Shown: positions 46,309 through 55,767 of the stretch, piece by piece
Layout: every line of letters starts with the position of its first letter
How positions within the stretch are numbered: position 1 is the stretch's first letter
Source: a virus
Direction: 5' to 3' (one strand)
Virus record (IMG/VR): IMGVR_UViG_3300025150_000006
Location: 32,001 to 96,000 of that record
Length of the DNA stretch: 64,000 bases
The notes under the pieces: generated by a model
The model's database searches: none
What the model saw: the letters and a program-made list of their open reading frames with translations, nothing else
What the model was told of the DNA's origin: nothing
Translations under genes and position numbers: made by a program

Positions 46309-49300
46309 TCAGGCGGAGGCCAAGTCCTTGAACGCCCGGATCTCACAAGCATCGGTCGTGCAGAACTTGTCCTCGACCTCTCCCTTGGAGTCGCCGAGGT
46401 TCATCGGCGTGATGCGAGCTACCATCGCATCGAACTCCTCCTCGGTGATCTGGATGTACGGGGCCTGGACGTACCCGTGGTCATCCCCGAGGGGAAGGAA
46501 CGAGATGCTCTTGAGCCTATCCTCGAACACTTCTAGCACCGTGGGGATCTCGGCCGCTTCTTCCGGCTTGAAGGTCACCGTGACGGAGACCTGGTTGTCC
46601 GCCCAGTAGCGTTGGAGGTCCGCCGCGAGAGCCACCTGCTCCCAGATACTCACATCCCGCTTGCCCTTCGTGCAGTTGTCCGTCTTCACCGGGAACGAGA
46701 TGACATAGGTGGCATCCGCGTAGGCGTCCTTCTCCACCGGATGCCCCGCTGCTCTTGCTGCCTCCAGCAACGGGCTGTGCTCCTGCACACGGATGTTGCG
46801 GATGTAGAAGGGGCTGTGCGGCGGGTGGATGCCCGGGGTCGCTCCACAGAGCAGACTCACCGTGCCCGAAGGCTTCACGCTCGTCGTCTTGATGCTCAGC
46901 GGGCAGCCCAACCACTCCGAGTAGACCGTGTCCAGCTCACCGATGTAGTTGTAACCCTGGTCGCACCAGTTGAGGAACTCGCGGCGACCGAACTTCTCGA
47001 TGGCCTGCCGGATCCCCGACATCGAGGCCCCGATCCGCCGGTTGCGGTTCATCACCGCGTTCGTCCGGGGGTCGTGCGTCGGCATCAGGGTCACGGTCTT
47101 GGCATAGAGGTACGCGAACTTGAGGGTCCGCTGGAAATCCTCGTAGCTCTCGTGATGGGCCGGATAGGTCTCGACCAGACAGCACAGCTCGTAGCTCTCC
47201 AAGGTCTGCTCCGAGCATGGGTTCGCCCCCATCGCCCGCTTGTCCTTGTTGTTGGCGGGATCCACCATCCGGCCGAACTTGCGAGCGTTGTCGAGCCACA
47301 GCAGACCAGGCTCACCGTTCTTCGCGATGGACCGACCCACCTCAGTGTAGTCCATCCCGACCTTGGCGAAGATGCTGTTGTTGCTCGCCCAACGGTGTGA
47401 CCGCAACGGGTGCTGGTCGATCTGCCCCAGCAAGGCCGTGATCTCCTGGAGGAGTGCCATAGCCTCCTCCTGAGACAGATCTGATGGATCCCTTGCCTGT
47501 AGGCCTGCCAACTGAGCGGTCAGGGCACGCAGCCCCGTATCATCCTTGAGGGTACGGAACTCCAAGTCGTCAGCGTGGCCGAACATGATCTCGGCTGACC
47601 GGCGGACTCCGCCAGCCACGACACAGGCCCCGACCATGTTGAAGATGTCGGTGATGCAACCACTGGTGATCTTGTAGGCCAGTCCCTCACCCTGCACCAT
47701 GGTGTGCAGCTTGAGGAGCTTGCCTTTGCGGCTCAACTCCTCCTCGAACTGCACCTCGACACCCTCGGGCATCAGAGTCCGCAGGATGTTCTTGACCAGC
47801 TTCGCCAGAGGACCTGGACCTGAGGCGGTGCCACCGAAACCACGAATACGGCGTCCCTTGGACCGCACCTTCGAGAAGTCGATGGTCGTGGGGAACGCAC
47901 CTTTGCCCGCAAAGGAGTTGATGACCGTCTTGGCCAGACCCACCCACCCCTCTCGGTCATCAGAGACGACATGCGGAGTGGAGATCAGCTTGGGCATCTG
48001 CACCTTGAGCTTGCCCGCTCCTCGGGTGTCTCCCCCGACGCCGACGCCCAACATGCTCATGTCCATCAGGAACGTGAACGGACCAGCGAAGTCCTCGTCG
48101 ATATGCTCTGAGCTGACGAAGGCGCAGTTGGACGTGAGCACAAACCCGTCAATGACGAACTGCTCATAGTCAGGCACCACCGCGCAAAGCACCCGTTGGT
48201 CCCCGGCATCTTCGATGTGAAGGACCTTGGCATACTTTCGCTTGGGCTCCTGACCCCGGTTCATCCACCGTCCCTGATGATCTTCCCTGAGGAAGAATCC
48301 TTCCCAGAGGTCATGTGTGTGTGGGGTCATCGTCCACAATTCACGTTCGTCCGAGTAGTTGGACGAGGTGGAACTCAGCCGAATCTCGCCCACCCGCACC
48401 CCAACTGCTTGGAACAGGCGTCGCACCTCTTCCAGCTCCGACCGTCGAGCCGAGGAGAGGGAACAGGACCCATTCTCCAACACGCAACCATCCGCTGCGA
48501 AGTATCCTGCCAGGAACCCGTAGATGTACGAGATGTCATCCAACGATGATGGAATCTGAGACCAGACACGAGGACAGTTGCGGACCACCCATTCATCGTT
48601 CCGACGATGAGTGACCTGCACAGCCATCGACCCGAACAAGTCGCACAGCACAGGCACCGAGGGACCAAACTGATGAAGTTCACCATTGGAACGGGTGCCA
48701 TCCCCGAAGAACATACCGTGCTGCGCCCCAAACCGACTCACGGGTGCCACCTTAGCCGGCAGTACCACAGGTAACTGGTCCCCCTTCCGAAGATCCAGGG
48801 TCGTGACACGCGCCCACTCCTGCTTAGTGGACGCCCTACGGAACCAACGGTGGTTCTCGCTTGTCGTGATCTCGGTCATGAACCCCGAGTTGTCTTGAAG
48901 AACCAGACGCTTGCAAGGCTGAACTTCAAGGTGTGACACCGACGCATTGACCCAGGTTGCGCTGCTAGCCGTCGAACTGTGATCCCGTCCATAGAGCTTG
49001 ATGGACGACAGAAGGGTCACGTCGGTTCTCTCTGCCAGAGAACCAAGAGGCACCCACCCATGCTCCCGGGTGAGGACGGGAGTGTCCTCATGCAAAGGAT
49101 TGTTCAGGCAGGCTCCGCCCTTCTTCCACACGAAGTCCGTACCCATCTGGGCAAGACCTCGACCCGGCGGGGTGAACTTGAAATCCCACATCCGCTGGAA
49201 CATCTCCTGGGCGGACTTCTGAGCCTTGGGCTCGTTCCACGGAAGGCTCAGCCTTCGGCAGTGCTGCTTCTGGATGTTGTAGACCCCCTCGACGACACGT

Positions 49301-50289
49301 TGGCACGTCTGCCAGAATTCCTCGGTCGGGTGACCACAGGTGTCGGGGTCATCACACTCACAGGTAGGTCGGGCGTATGTGTTATGACTGGCGAACCCTC
49401 CCGTGAAATGCGTTGCCGTATTCGTGCTCAGTACAGCGATGTCTCGCTCTCCGGCATCGAAGATCCTGACGACCTGAACATAGTCATCCCCAGCACACCG
49501 GAAAGCACCACCGCCGTTGTCCATGGCTGCTACGAACTTTTGAAGCAGCCGGGGAGGCTGGAGCTTCCCCAACAACGAAAAGAGGGTCTTCCGACCGTAG
49601 AGGCTCAGCACGAACATCGACTTTTGACCAATGTTCGTGGCTTTTGAGGTCTTCGTGAAAGAGACCCCCATATCACTCAGGTATTGCTCGACCCGAGCAA
49701 GCATCGCATTATCTGTCTGGGTAAACGAAAGACCGTTTCGCCGATCTAGGCAACCCTCCCCGTCGAAAGCCGCCGAAAGGAACCCGTCTGCATAGGACGA
49801 CCCCGTCTTCCACATCGGGCCAAACGGTCGTGCCAACCAGAGAGGGCCACCCTTCGACGTACTGGCGAGGTCTTTCGTCTCTCGCCAGTAGAGACGGTTG
49901 TTGTCCCCGTTCATCTTCACGAGCCACGCATGATCAGGGGTGGCGTACAGCACCGTGCCGTCCGACAACTCGATCCCCATCGTGTGGGCTTTCTCAACCC
50001 GGTTGTGCGTGACATGCCCGAGCCGGTAGTGCCGCTTCCCGTGGCGAGAAGGGGCTTCTTCATCAAAAGCGACGATACCCTGTCCGACGGCGAGGTCACC
50101 TGCTGGTCGCCACTGGAGGTCGTCACAGAGAACAGGTGTGGCCACGTCCACACACCGTTTATATGTAAAATATCCAACCGGACCCCAGTTCGGCTGCCGA
50201 CCCCCAAAATCCAACAGGAACGTTGGGGACAGGGAGAACTGCCGAACCTTCCGGTCCGGTTCCGGGGAAGTGAAACGGTCGATGTTCAT
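46309..50289 (-). CDS. nrdJ: Class II (B12-dependent, monomeric RTPR-type) ribonucleotide reductase with two inteins (mature about 744 aa)
   Basis: YKR|TYAR, PPGRGL, LNN|C, GVGVG, RRSA, ANPCSEQTL..ELCCL, VKPSGT, C-terminal CTTDAC. Confidence 0.92.
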   Translation of the reverse strand: MNIDRFTSPEPDRKVRQFSLSPTFLLDFGGRQPNWGPVGYFTYKRCVDVATPVLCDDLQWRPAGDLAVGQGIVAFDEEAPSRHGKRHYRLGHVTHNRVEKAHTMGIELSDGTVLYATPDHAWLVKMNGDNNRLYWRETKDLASTSKGGPLWLARPFGPMWKTGSSYADGFLSAAFDGEGCLDRRNGLSFTQTDNAMLARVEQYLSDMGVSFTKTSKATNIGQKSMFVLSLYGRKTLFSLLGKLQPPRLLQKFVAAMDNGGGAFRCAGDDYVQVVRIFDAGERDIAVLSTNTATHFTGGFASHNTYARPTCECDDPDTCGHPTEEFWQTCQRVVEGVYNIQKQHCRRLSLPWNEPKAQKSAQEMFQRMWDFKFTPPGRGLAQMGTDFVWKKGGACLNNPLHEDTPVLTREHGWVPLGSLAERTDVTLLSSIKLYGRDHSSTASSATWVNASVSHLEVQPCKRLVLQDNSGFMTEITTSENHRWFRRASTKQEWARVTTLDLRKGDQLPVVLPAKVAPVSRFGAQHGMFFGDGTRSNGELHQFGPSVPVLCDLFGSMAVQVTHRRNDEWVVRNCPRVWSQIPSSLDDISYIYGFLAGYFAADGCVLENGSCSLSSARRSELEEVRRLFQAVGVRVGEIRLSSTSSNYSDERELWTMTPHTHDLWEGFFLREDHQGRWMNRGQEPKRKYAKVLHIEDAGDQRVLCAVVPDYEQFVIDGFVLTSNCAFVSSEHIDEDFAGPFTFLMDMSMLGVGVGGDTRGAGKLKVQMPKLISTPHVVSDDREGWVGLAKTVINSFAGKGAFPTTIDFSKVRSKGRRIRGFGGTASGPGPLAKLVKNILRTLMPEGVEVQFEEELSRKGKLLKLHTMVQGEGLAYKITSGCITDIFNMVGACVVAGGVRRSAEIMFGHADDLEFRTLKDDTGLRALTAQLAGLQARDPSDLSQEEAMALLQEITALLGQIDQHPLRSHRWASNNSIFAKVGMDYTEVGRSIAKNGEPGLLWLDNARKFGRMVDPANNKDKRAMGANPCSEQTLESYELCCLVETYPAHHESYEDFQRTLKFAYLYAKTVTLMPTHDPRTNAVMNRNRRIGASMSGIRQAIEKFGRREFLNWCDQGYNYIGELDTVYSEWLGCPLSIKTTSVKPSGTVSLLCGATPGIHPPHSPFYIRNIRVQEHSPLLEAARAAGHPVEKDAYADATYVISFPVKTDNCTKGKRDVSIWEQVALAADLQRYWADNQVSVTVTFKPEEAAEIPTVLEVFEDRLKSISFLPLGDDHGYVQAPYIQITEEEFDAMVARITPMNLGDSKGEVEDKFCTTDACEIRAFKDLASA
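48127..49098 (-). mobile_element. Class 3 intein (Pro1, 324 aa) of NrdJ; +1 residue is the LNNC cysteine
   Basis: LNN|PLHEDT...SENHRW...GYFAADG...VLCAVV...VLTSN|CAF. Confidence 0.88.
49381..50154 (-). mobile_element. Intein 1 of NrdJ (258 aa, single LAGLIDADG-like motif)
   Basis: KR|CVDVAT...TPDH...FLSAAFDGEG...GGFASHN|T. Confidence 0.88.
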
Positions 50290-50390
50290 GCTGTTGTCCC
50301 ACTCAGATCCGCTCGGATGCAACGCTCCGAGAGGTTTTGATTCCAAGAGACAGACCTGCCCCCTTTCTCCCGCCCTATCAACTCCCTACC

Positions 50391-50422
50391 GAAAAACCTG
50401 ACCCCCCGAACTTCGGGGTCAG
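50391..50422 (-). terminator. Probable intrinsic terminator after the HolA-like gene
   Basis: CTGACCCC...GGGGTCAG stem then GTTTTTC on the minus strand. Confidence 0.6.
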
Positions 50423-51387
50423 CAGGACGATAGGAGGCGAGATGTAAGGACGACCCAGGGGTTGATGGCACCGTTGAACACGGCTCTCTCTGCGGCTGCG
50501 AGGTCTGCGACGAGTTGAACCGTACCCGCCTTCCCCCAGCGTCGAGCAGGAGGAAGAATTTTCGTCTCAAAATACCAAGGATGCAGACCCAACTCCTGAG
50601 CGGCGGCCTTAGGTGGCAGAGCATCAAGATGAGCGGCCTGCATCCACTTGAGCACGATGGCCCCAAGAAAACGGCTGATCCGCATGGTGGGATCTGTCTT
50701 CGTGGTCTCATGAACCTTGCTCAATGCCTTGGACAGACGCTTTCGGTTGCGTAACGCCAGGGCATCCGCAATGGGGCCTACAGAGGCTTCGGCAATCGGG
50801 GCCATGCCACCCCTGACCTCAGCCTTGTCGATGGCTTCTAACCCCCGAGCATCTGCCAGTAGCGCCATCTTTTGTAGCTCAAAGGCAAGCATCCCAAGGT
50901 CCGAGCCAACTCGCTCCACCAGGGCCTCCGCTAGGGATGGTCGCATGGTCTTGCGATAGGACAGGGCCTCCGCCAACACGAACTCAACCGCAACCTCGGG
51001 AGCCTTCCACTCGGTGGGCTTCGTGAACGTCTTGTGGACGTCACCAAGTCCCTTGAGGAACTTCCCGAACTTCGTCCGACCATCAGGCTCACCATCGAGA
51101 TGCAACAGCAACGTGGTTGTGTAGTCCTTGGATGCCTGATGTTGGCCAACCAGATCCAGGTCGATCTTCTCAGGAGTGTGAACCACCGCCAGCACCTTGC
51201 CCGGAACGAACAACCCCGGTGCCAGGACATCCCGCACAGCACTTGGGTCGGAACCATCCACGTTCTCGATGGACCAACCCTCAGCACGCTGGACCGAGAC
51301 CATGTTCTGCACGAAGCGTCGGCGAAGCAGGACTTCACCCCCGCTCACAACCACCAGGGGTGGAAACACGTCCTTTTTCTTGGCCAT
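50419..51387 (-). CDS. holA: DNA polymerase III delta subunit-like (HolA)
   Basis: VVSGGEVLLR, DGRTKFGK, LVERVGSDLGMLAFELQKM; ~320 aa. Confidence 0.75.
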   Translation of the reverse strand: MAKKKDVFPPLVVVSGGEVLLRRRFVQNMVSVQRAEGWSIENVDGSDPSAVRDVLAPGLFVPGKVLAVVHTPEKIDLDLVGQHQASKDYTTTLLLHLDGEPDGRTKFGKFLKGLGDVHKTFTKPTEWKAPEVAVEFVLAEALSYRKTMRPSLAEALVERVGSDLGMLAFELQKMALLADARGLEAIDKAEVRGGMAPIAEASVGPIADALALRNRKRLSKALSKVHETTKTDPTMRISRFLGAIVLKWMQAAHLDALPPKAAAQELGLHPWYFETKILPPARRWGKAGTVQLVADLAAAERAVFNGAINPWVVLTSRLLSSC

Positions 51388-51905
51388 CAGCGTCTTCTTG
51401 GCTCCAACAACTCGAAAATGATCTCTCCGTCGGGGGCCATCTTCAAGTTCACCCTGAAAGGCATCTGTCCCAGTTGCTGGGCAACCTCGCCCAACACCTT
51501 CTCCACACTGAGACGGGCCTGGTGCAAAATCCCAGCATCCCGCTTCTGACCGATGAACGGGACCAAACACTCAACCACCTTGTCCCCCATCGTCTGCCGC
51601 AACCACTGCCGACTCAGACTCCGAATCTTCGCAGACATCACGGCCGGAGGTTGCCGAGGGATCTCAGGCAACAACAGCCCCGGAGACAACAGATTGTCCA
51701 GACTCACGGCCTCCTGAGCGGACAGGACCTTGTCTACCGCACGATCAAAACGCTTGGTCAGATCCTTCTCGGACAAATCCACCAGGTGGGCCGCCCAGTG
51801 ATCTTGGTCATAGCCAGGCGGGCGGGGCTCCATCCGGGACAAAGTCATCGCCATCTCAGCGTGATGCTTGATCCGGCTGTCCAGTTCATTGGAACTGATC
51901 GTCAT
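51387..51905 (-). CDS. Hypothetical protein
   Basis: ATGA/TGATG-coupled between the holB-like and holA-like genes. Confidence 0.6.
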   Translation of the reverse strand: MTISSNELDSRIKHHAEMAMTLSRMEPRPPGYDQDHWAAHLVDLSEKDLTKRFDRAVDKVLSAQEAVSLDNLLSPGLLLPEIPRQPPAVMSAKIRSLSRQWLRQTMGDKVVECLVPFIGQKRDAGILHQARLSVEKVLGEVAQQLGQMPFRVNLKMAPDGEIIFELLEPRRR

Positions 51906-52537
51906 CCGTTGTAGTCCGGCAAGAAGGCCAAAATGACCTCGATAGGGGTTGGGTTCCGCCAACGAGCTACAGCCCTTACCCGCTCCCACAGCGGGAGAAC
52001 CTTCGGGTCGTCAAGCATCGCTGTCATCGCCTCTACGACCTCAGCAAGCAGCTCATACTCACGAGCAGGGGCCTTCTTGTTGGCCTTCACCTTGGCGACG
52101 ATGGTCGGCACATCAGCCCCATGCCCGCCAAGGGCTGCATAGAGCAGCTCACGAGCAGCAGCCTCCACCTCCTCATCCACGGGCTCGAACCCCGTAGGTG
52201 GGCACCAGACAGGAAGGCAGCGGGACTGGATGGTCGTCTGCACGCCACCCAGATCATTGGCCCACAGCATCGGGTGAACGTACTTGTGGAACTGCTCGAT
52301 GCCCTTGAGCAAGGCGTCAGCCGACTTTGGCAACGCCAAGTCCATCGGACCAGCCAACACAGTCCCGAGGTCGCTTCCGAGAGGGGCGACTTGAAGCAGG
52401 GAGATGTACTCACGAGCCTCATCCACCTTCAGCCCGGCATCCCCGAAGGGTTCGTGCAGAAAACGACCTCGACGGGAACACTCAGCAAGAGCGGTCTGTC
52501 GAGCACCAGGTCCATGGAACAACAAGCAGGAACTCAT
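51902..52537 (-). CDS. DNA polymerase III delta-prime-like (HolB), shortened
   Basis: LLFHGPG, LKVDEARE, SADALLKGIE, TTIQSRC. Confidence 0.65.
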   Translation of the reverse strand: MSSCLLFHGPGARQTALAECSRRGRFLHEPFGDAGLKVDEAREYISLLQVAPLGSDLGTVLAGPMDLALPKSADALLKGIEQFHKYVHPMLWANDLGGVQTTIQSRCLPVWCPPTGFEPVDEEVEAAARELLYAALGGHGADVPTIVAKVKANKKAPAREYELLAEVVEAMTAMLDDPKVLPLWERVRAVARWRNPTPIEVILAFLPDYNG

Positions 52538-52569
52538 ACCTGGTTTACTCAGCCTGGAGGGATCGGAAC

Positions 52570-52767
52570 CTACGTCGTGATCGAGAACACACCGTTGCAT
52601 TTCACACAACGGTAGCGAACGGTCTTCCCGCCCCCCTGTACGAAGGAACGGCTGAAGATCATGGTCGCGTAGGCCTCGTTGCCTTCACAGGCTTCCGAAG
52701 CTCGACACTTCATCCAGATGATCTTCTTCACAGGGATCACAGGCTTGTTCTGGGGAGCGTTGGCCAT
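52570..52767 (-). CDS. Small Zn-ribbon protein
   Basis: CRASEAC...YRCVKC; GAGG RBS. Confidence 0.65.
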   Translation of the reverse strand: MANAPQNKPVIPVKKIIWMKCRASEACEGNEAYATMIFSRSFVQGGGKTVRYRCVKCNGVFSITT

Positions 52768-52770
52768 CGG

Positions 52771-53274
52771 TCACCTCACATCGAACTGTTCGTATTCCAG
52801 CTCCACCGTACCCAATCGCAACACAGGGGCACCTGGAACAGGAGGGTCAACTATCACAGGTTCCGAAGAGAGGTTCGAGCTTGGCACGAACCCCAGAGCC
52901 TCTAGCCTCTGTAGCAACTCCATTCGGATCGTATCCAGTAGAGCTGTCAGGTCCGCAGTCAGGTTCACCTGGTTCATCAAATTTCTCAGGGAACTGCTCT
53001 GCTCCGAGAACAACTTCACCAGAGCCGAACCCTCTGCAAACAGGGGGACGATCACCCGCTGCCAGAGATCCCAGTGCACCTCGAACGGGAACAGCCCACC
53101 GAACTCGGTATCCAAGGTCATCGAGGTAGGAGGGATCAGCGCAACATGCACCCTGTAGCTCGGGTGAGATTTGGTCGTCGTTGGGAACGACGGAGCTGCT
53201 CTACCCAGGTTGATGTAGAGGACCCCTACAGCCAAGCGAGTCAGGTCGAACTGGTACGGGCTCAGGTTGGCCAT
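52771..53274 (-). CDS. Hypothetical protein
   Basis: AAGGAGG RBS before ATG 53274. Confidence 0.55.
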   Translation of the reverse strand: MANLSPYQFDLTRLAVGVLYINLGRAAPSFPTTTKSHPSYRVHVALIPPTSMTLDTEFGGLFPFEVHWDLWQRVIVPLFAEGSALVKLFSEQSSSLRNLMNQVNLTADLTALLDTIRMELLQRLEALGFVPSSNLSSEPVIVDPPVPGAPVLRLGTVELEYEQFDVR

Positions 53275-53324
53275 CTCTTCAGCCTCCTTCTGATCAGCCC
53301 ACCCCCATAGCCGTATCACCACAG

Positions 53325-53640
53325 GCCGAGAATCTGCTGGAATTCTCGCTAACAGATTCTCGGGCTACTAGAACCCCACTGAGAGAATCTCAGGCCCCGA
53401 GAATGTGGTCACGAGAATCTGAGAATGTCACCAGCCTGATTCTCCACATTCTCTACATTCTCCAGGGGCGGCTAGAATCAGTTTCTCGCAGACTCCAATT
53501 CTCTCGGGCAGGGTCTAGTGTGATTCTCGGGACTCAGGACTCTAGTTTGAGAAACTCTGCCATCAAGAATCGGATTCTCGGCGTGGGGAGTTCTTGCACC
53601 AGAGGTACTGTGAGAATCGAGGGAATCAGTTTCTCATCGT
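53325..53640. repeat. Dense cluster of GAGAAT/ATTCTC motifs in both orientations (iteron-like)
   Basis: About 14 copies counted by eye in ~310 bp of lower-GC non-coding DNA. Confidence 0.75.
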
Positions 53641-54185
53641 GCTTTAGACATAGCAGTAGCAGGGGAACTATCACTCGTATCAGCCTAGCGGCTGCTACTT
53701 CGTGGTTCACTACCTACTGAAAGGGCACGATGATGATTCTTAATCAGGTCGTCCTTCGGACTCCCTTAACTCCTACTACTAAGGCTAAGGCTCTAGTAAG
53801 AGGGGAGTAGTTCCGAAGGCGATGGGGCTACCGCTACCAGCAAACGAACCCCGTCTGCTGACGGCACCCTTCGGCCCTCTCTCCGATCTCAGAGAGAGGT
53901 TCGCCAAAGTGGATTTCCGCTACCGAGGCCTCGGGGTCGAGGTGCAGGCAACGGGGTCTTCGATCTGAAAGATCAACGGACGTGTGGGCAGCTTCCACGT
54001 AGCTCAACGGCGTCTGCCTCGGGTCACCCCGATGTCCGACCGACCAACCCCCACGAGCCTTGTGGGAAGGTTGGAACCCGGAGTTGGCCGATTTCATTGA
54101 CCAAACGGGCTGGCGGACACTCACCCCCTATTCGGGGGGTCAAGTCCGTCAAGCAGTAGATGACAGTACGTCCCGACTGTCAAGA

Positions 54186-55505
54186 TCAGGAGAACATCCC
54201 TGATGGGAGCTTCATCCCAAGGCTGTTGGCGACCTTGAAGATGTTGTTGCGGATGAGGCTGGGGTCCCAGGTTGCTCCCCGGTCAGCGAGCCCTGCAAGG
54301 CGGCTCAGGGCCGACTCCGTCGGGGAGTCCGGGTCCAGCCGCTTGATCAGCTCCAGTTGGACATCCCGAAGGAGGTCCATCGACTGTCGGTCTCCTGCCT
54401 GCTTCAATACTCGGGTGATGTCGAGGAGCTTCTTGCGGTCAGCAACGGAGAACACGAACTGCTGACCATAGCTCCCGTAGCCGGCCTGCTTGCGACGGCT
54501 GGCCAGCCTACGGGTGGCCTGACCGTAGGCCTCGTTGAGGGCACGGTCGTGCTTGACGAACTTGGCGACCTCGGGGAAGAACACGGTCTTGACCCATCGG
54601 ACCGAACCGCCTGAGCCACTGCCACCCAACTCCTTGGAGAGGGCCGAGATGGAGTTGACGGACTTGCCTGCGACCAGGTGGTCAATCAAGGCTGTGGCGA
54701 GTTCTTGGTCCTTAGCGATGTTCCGCATCGCCTGTTCGAGCTTCCTCCCGACGGGGGTGTGCTCCCTGAGCTGCGTGGAGAGAAAGTCCCAGAACGTGAC
54801 CGAGTTCAACGCCTGTGTGGGCATCAGATCGAACGTGGAATCACCCTCGGGGCTCTCGGTAGGGGCTCGACGCTGTGTCTTGTCGGCCTCCTTGAACTCA
54901 TCCCTCACCTTGAGGGCAAAAGTTCTACCGATGTTGCCAGCCATCGACAGAGGGGTCTCCTTACCGGACAAGATGCTCTTGCCCCAGGTCCGGGCCATCT
55001 TCACTCCGATGTGGATGAACATCGGGCCAGTGCTCGCTGGTTGCCCACTCTTGGTGAGCCCCATGATCCCGTTCTGCATGATGTCATCGGTCGATGAGAA
55101 CGTCCCTTCGGAGTTACTCATCTTCTTGAACATGGCGTGAACCATGCCATAGACCTTACCGATAAGGCCCGTGTAGCCAGGGGAGTACCAGGAAGGGTCC
55201 ATGTCGGTCCCTGCAAAGACCTGAGCGGCCTCTGCCAGCCCACGCTTCCCCTTCTTCCACCAAGTCCCTGCATTGGGACCGATGCGAGCCAACCCTGACA
55301 TGGCTTCCAAGAGCTGAAGACGAGCAATGATGTCGTACTCGACCGACTCGATGTTGCCCACGAGATACCGGGCGGCCAGACGACAGTTCTTGCCCTTTGC
55401 AGTGCCAGCGTGCTGATGGGCATCCCGTAGCAACTGGGTGACGAGGGGCAGCCGGACGTTCATTCCAGCCCTGCGGATCGTGTTGGCGGTGATGTTGCGG
55501 CTCAT
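54186..55505 (-). CDS. Modular protein with a divergent sigma-factor-like central region
   Basis: GAGGAG RBS; DDIMQNGIMGL, EGDSTFDLMP, ISALSKELG; RLAARY and RRLASRRKQA borders. Confidence 0.5.
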   Translation of the reverse strand: MSRNITANTIRRAGMNVRLPLVTQLLRDAHQHAGTAKGKNCRLAARYLVGNIESVEYDIIARLQLLEAMSGLARIGPNAGTWWKKGKRGLAEAAQVFAGTDMDPSWYSPGYTGLIGKVYGMVHAMFKKMSNSEGTFSSTDDIMQNGIMGLTKSGQPASTGPMFIHIGVKMARTWGKSILSGKETPLSMAGNIGRTFALKVRDEFKEADKTQRRAPTESPEGDSTFDLMPTQALNSVTFWDFLSTQLREHTPVGRKLEQAMRNIAKDQELATALIDHLVAGKSVNSISALSKELGGSGSGGSVRWVKTVFFPEVAKFVKHDRALNEAYGQATRRLASRRKQAGYGSYGQQFVFSVADRKKLLDITRVLKQAGDRQSMDLLRDVQLELIKRLDPDSPTESALSRLAGLADRGATWDPSLIRNNIFKVANSLGMKLPSGMFS

Positions 55506-55767
55506 GGGTCTCCTCACGCGGCTTGCTACCGTCTTGCTAATCCTCGTGTATAGGGCAAGTACCACAGAGGCGACTAGACCGGACTGGCTACCACAAGGGG
55601 TGGTAGCCGCCATTTCAGCCCGAAAAATCGGGATTTGGGGTTGCTACCGACCACCACAGTGATAGGCTCTCCTGCAAGCACACGTCCTCGACCGCTGCGT
55701 CATGAACCTGTCGTGTAGCTTGCAGACCCGTAACGACCCGTGACTCGGGATCGTTCAGGAGGAAGCC

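Noticed and set aside
53325-53640. CRISPR array or the 105-aa ORF 53403-53720
   Set aside because: Repeats are 6-8 nt, irregular and in both orientations; the ORF has atypical composition and no RBS
53834-54140. ORF 53834-54124 or an ncRNA near the hairpin at ~54123-54140
   Set aside because: No recognisable protein motif or RNA family; evidence insufficient
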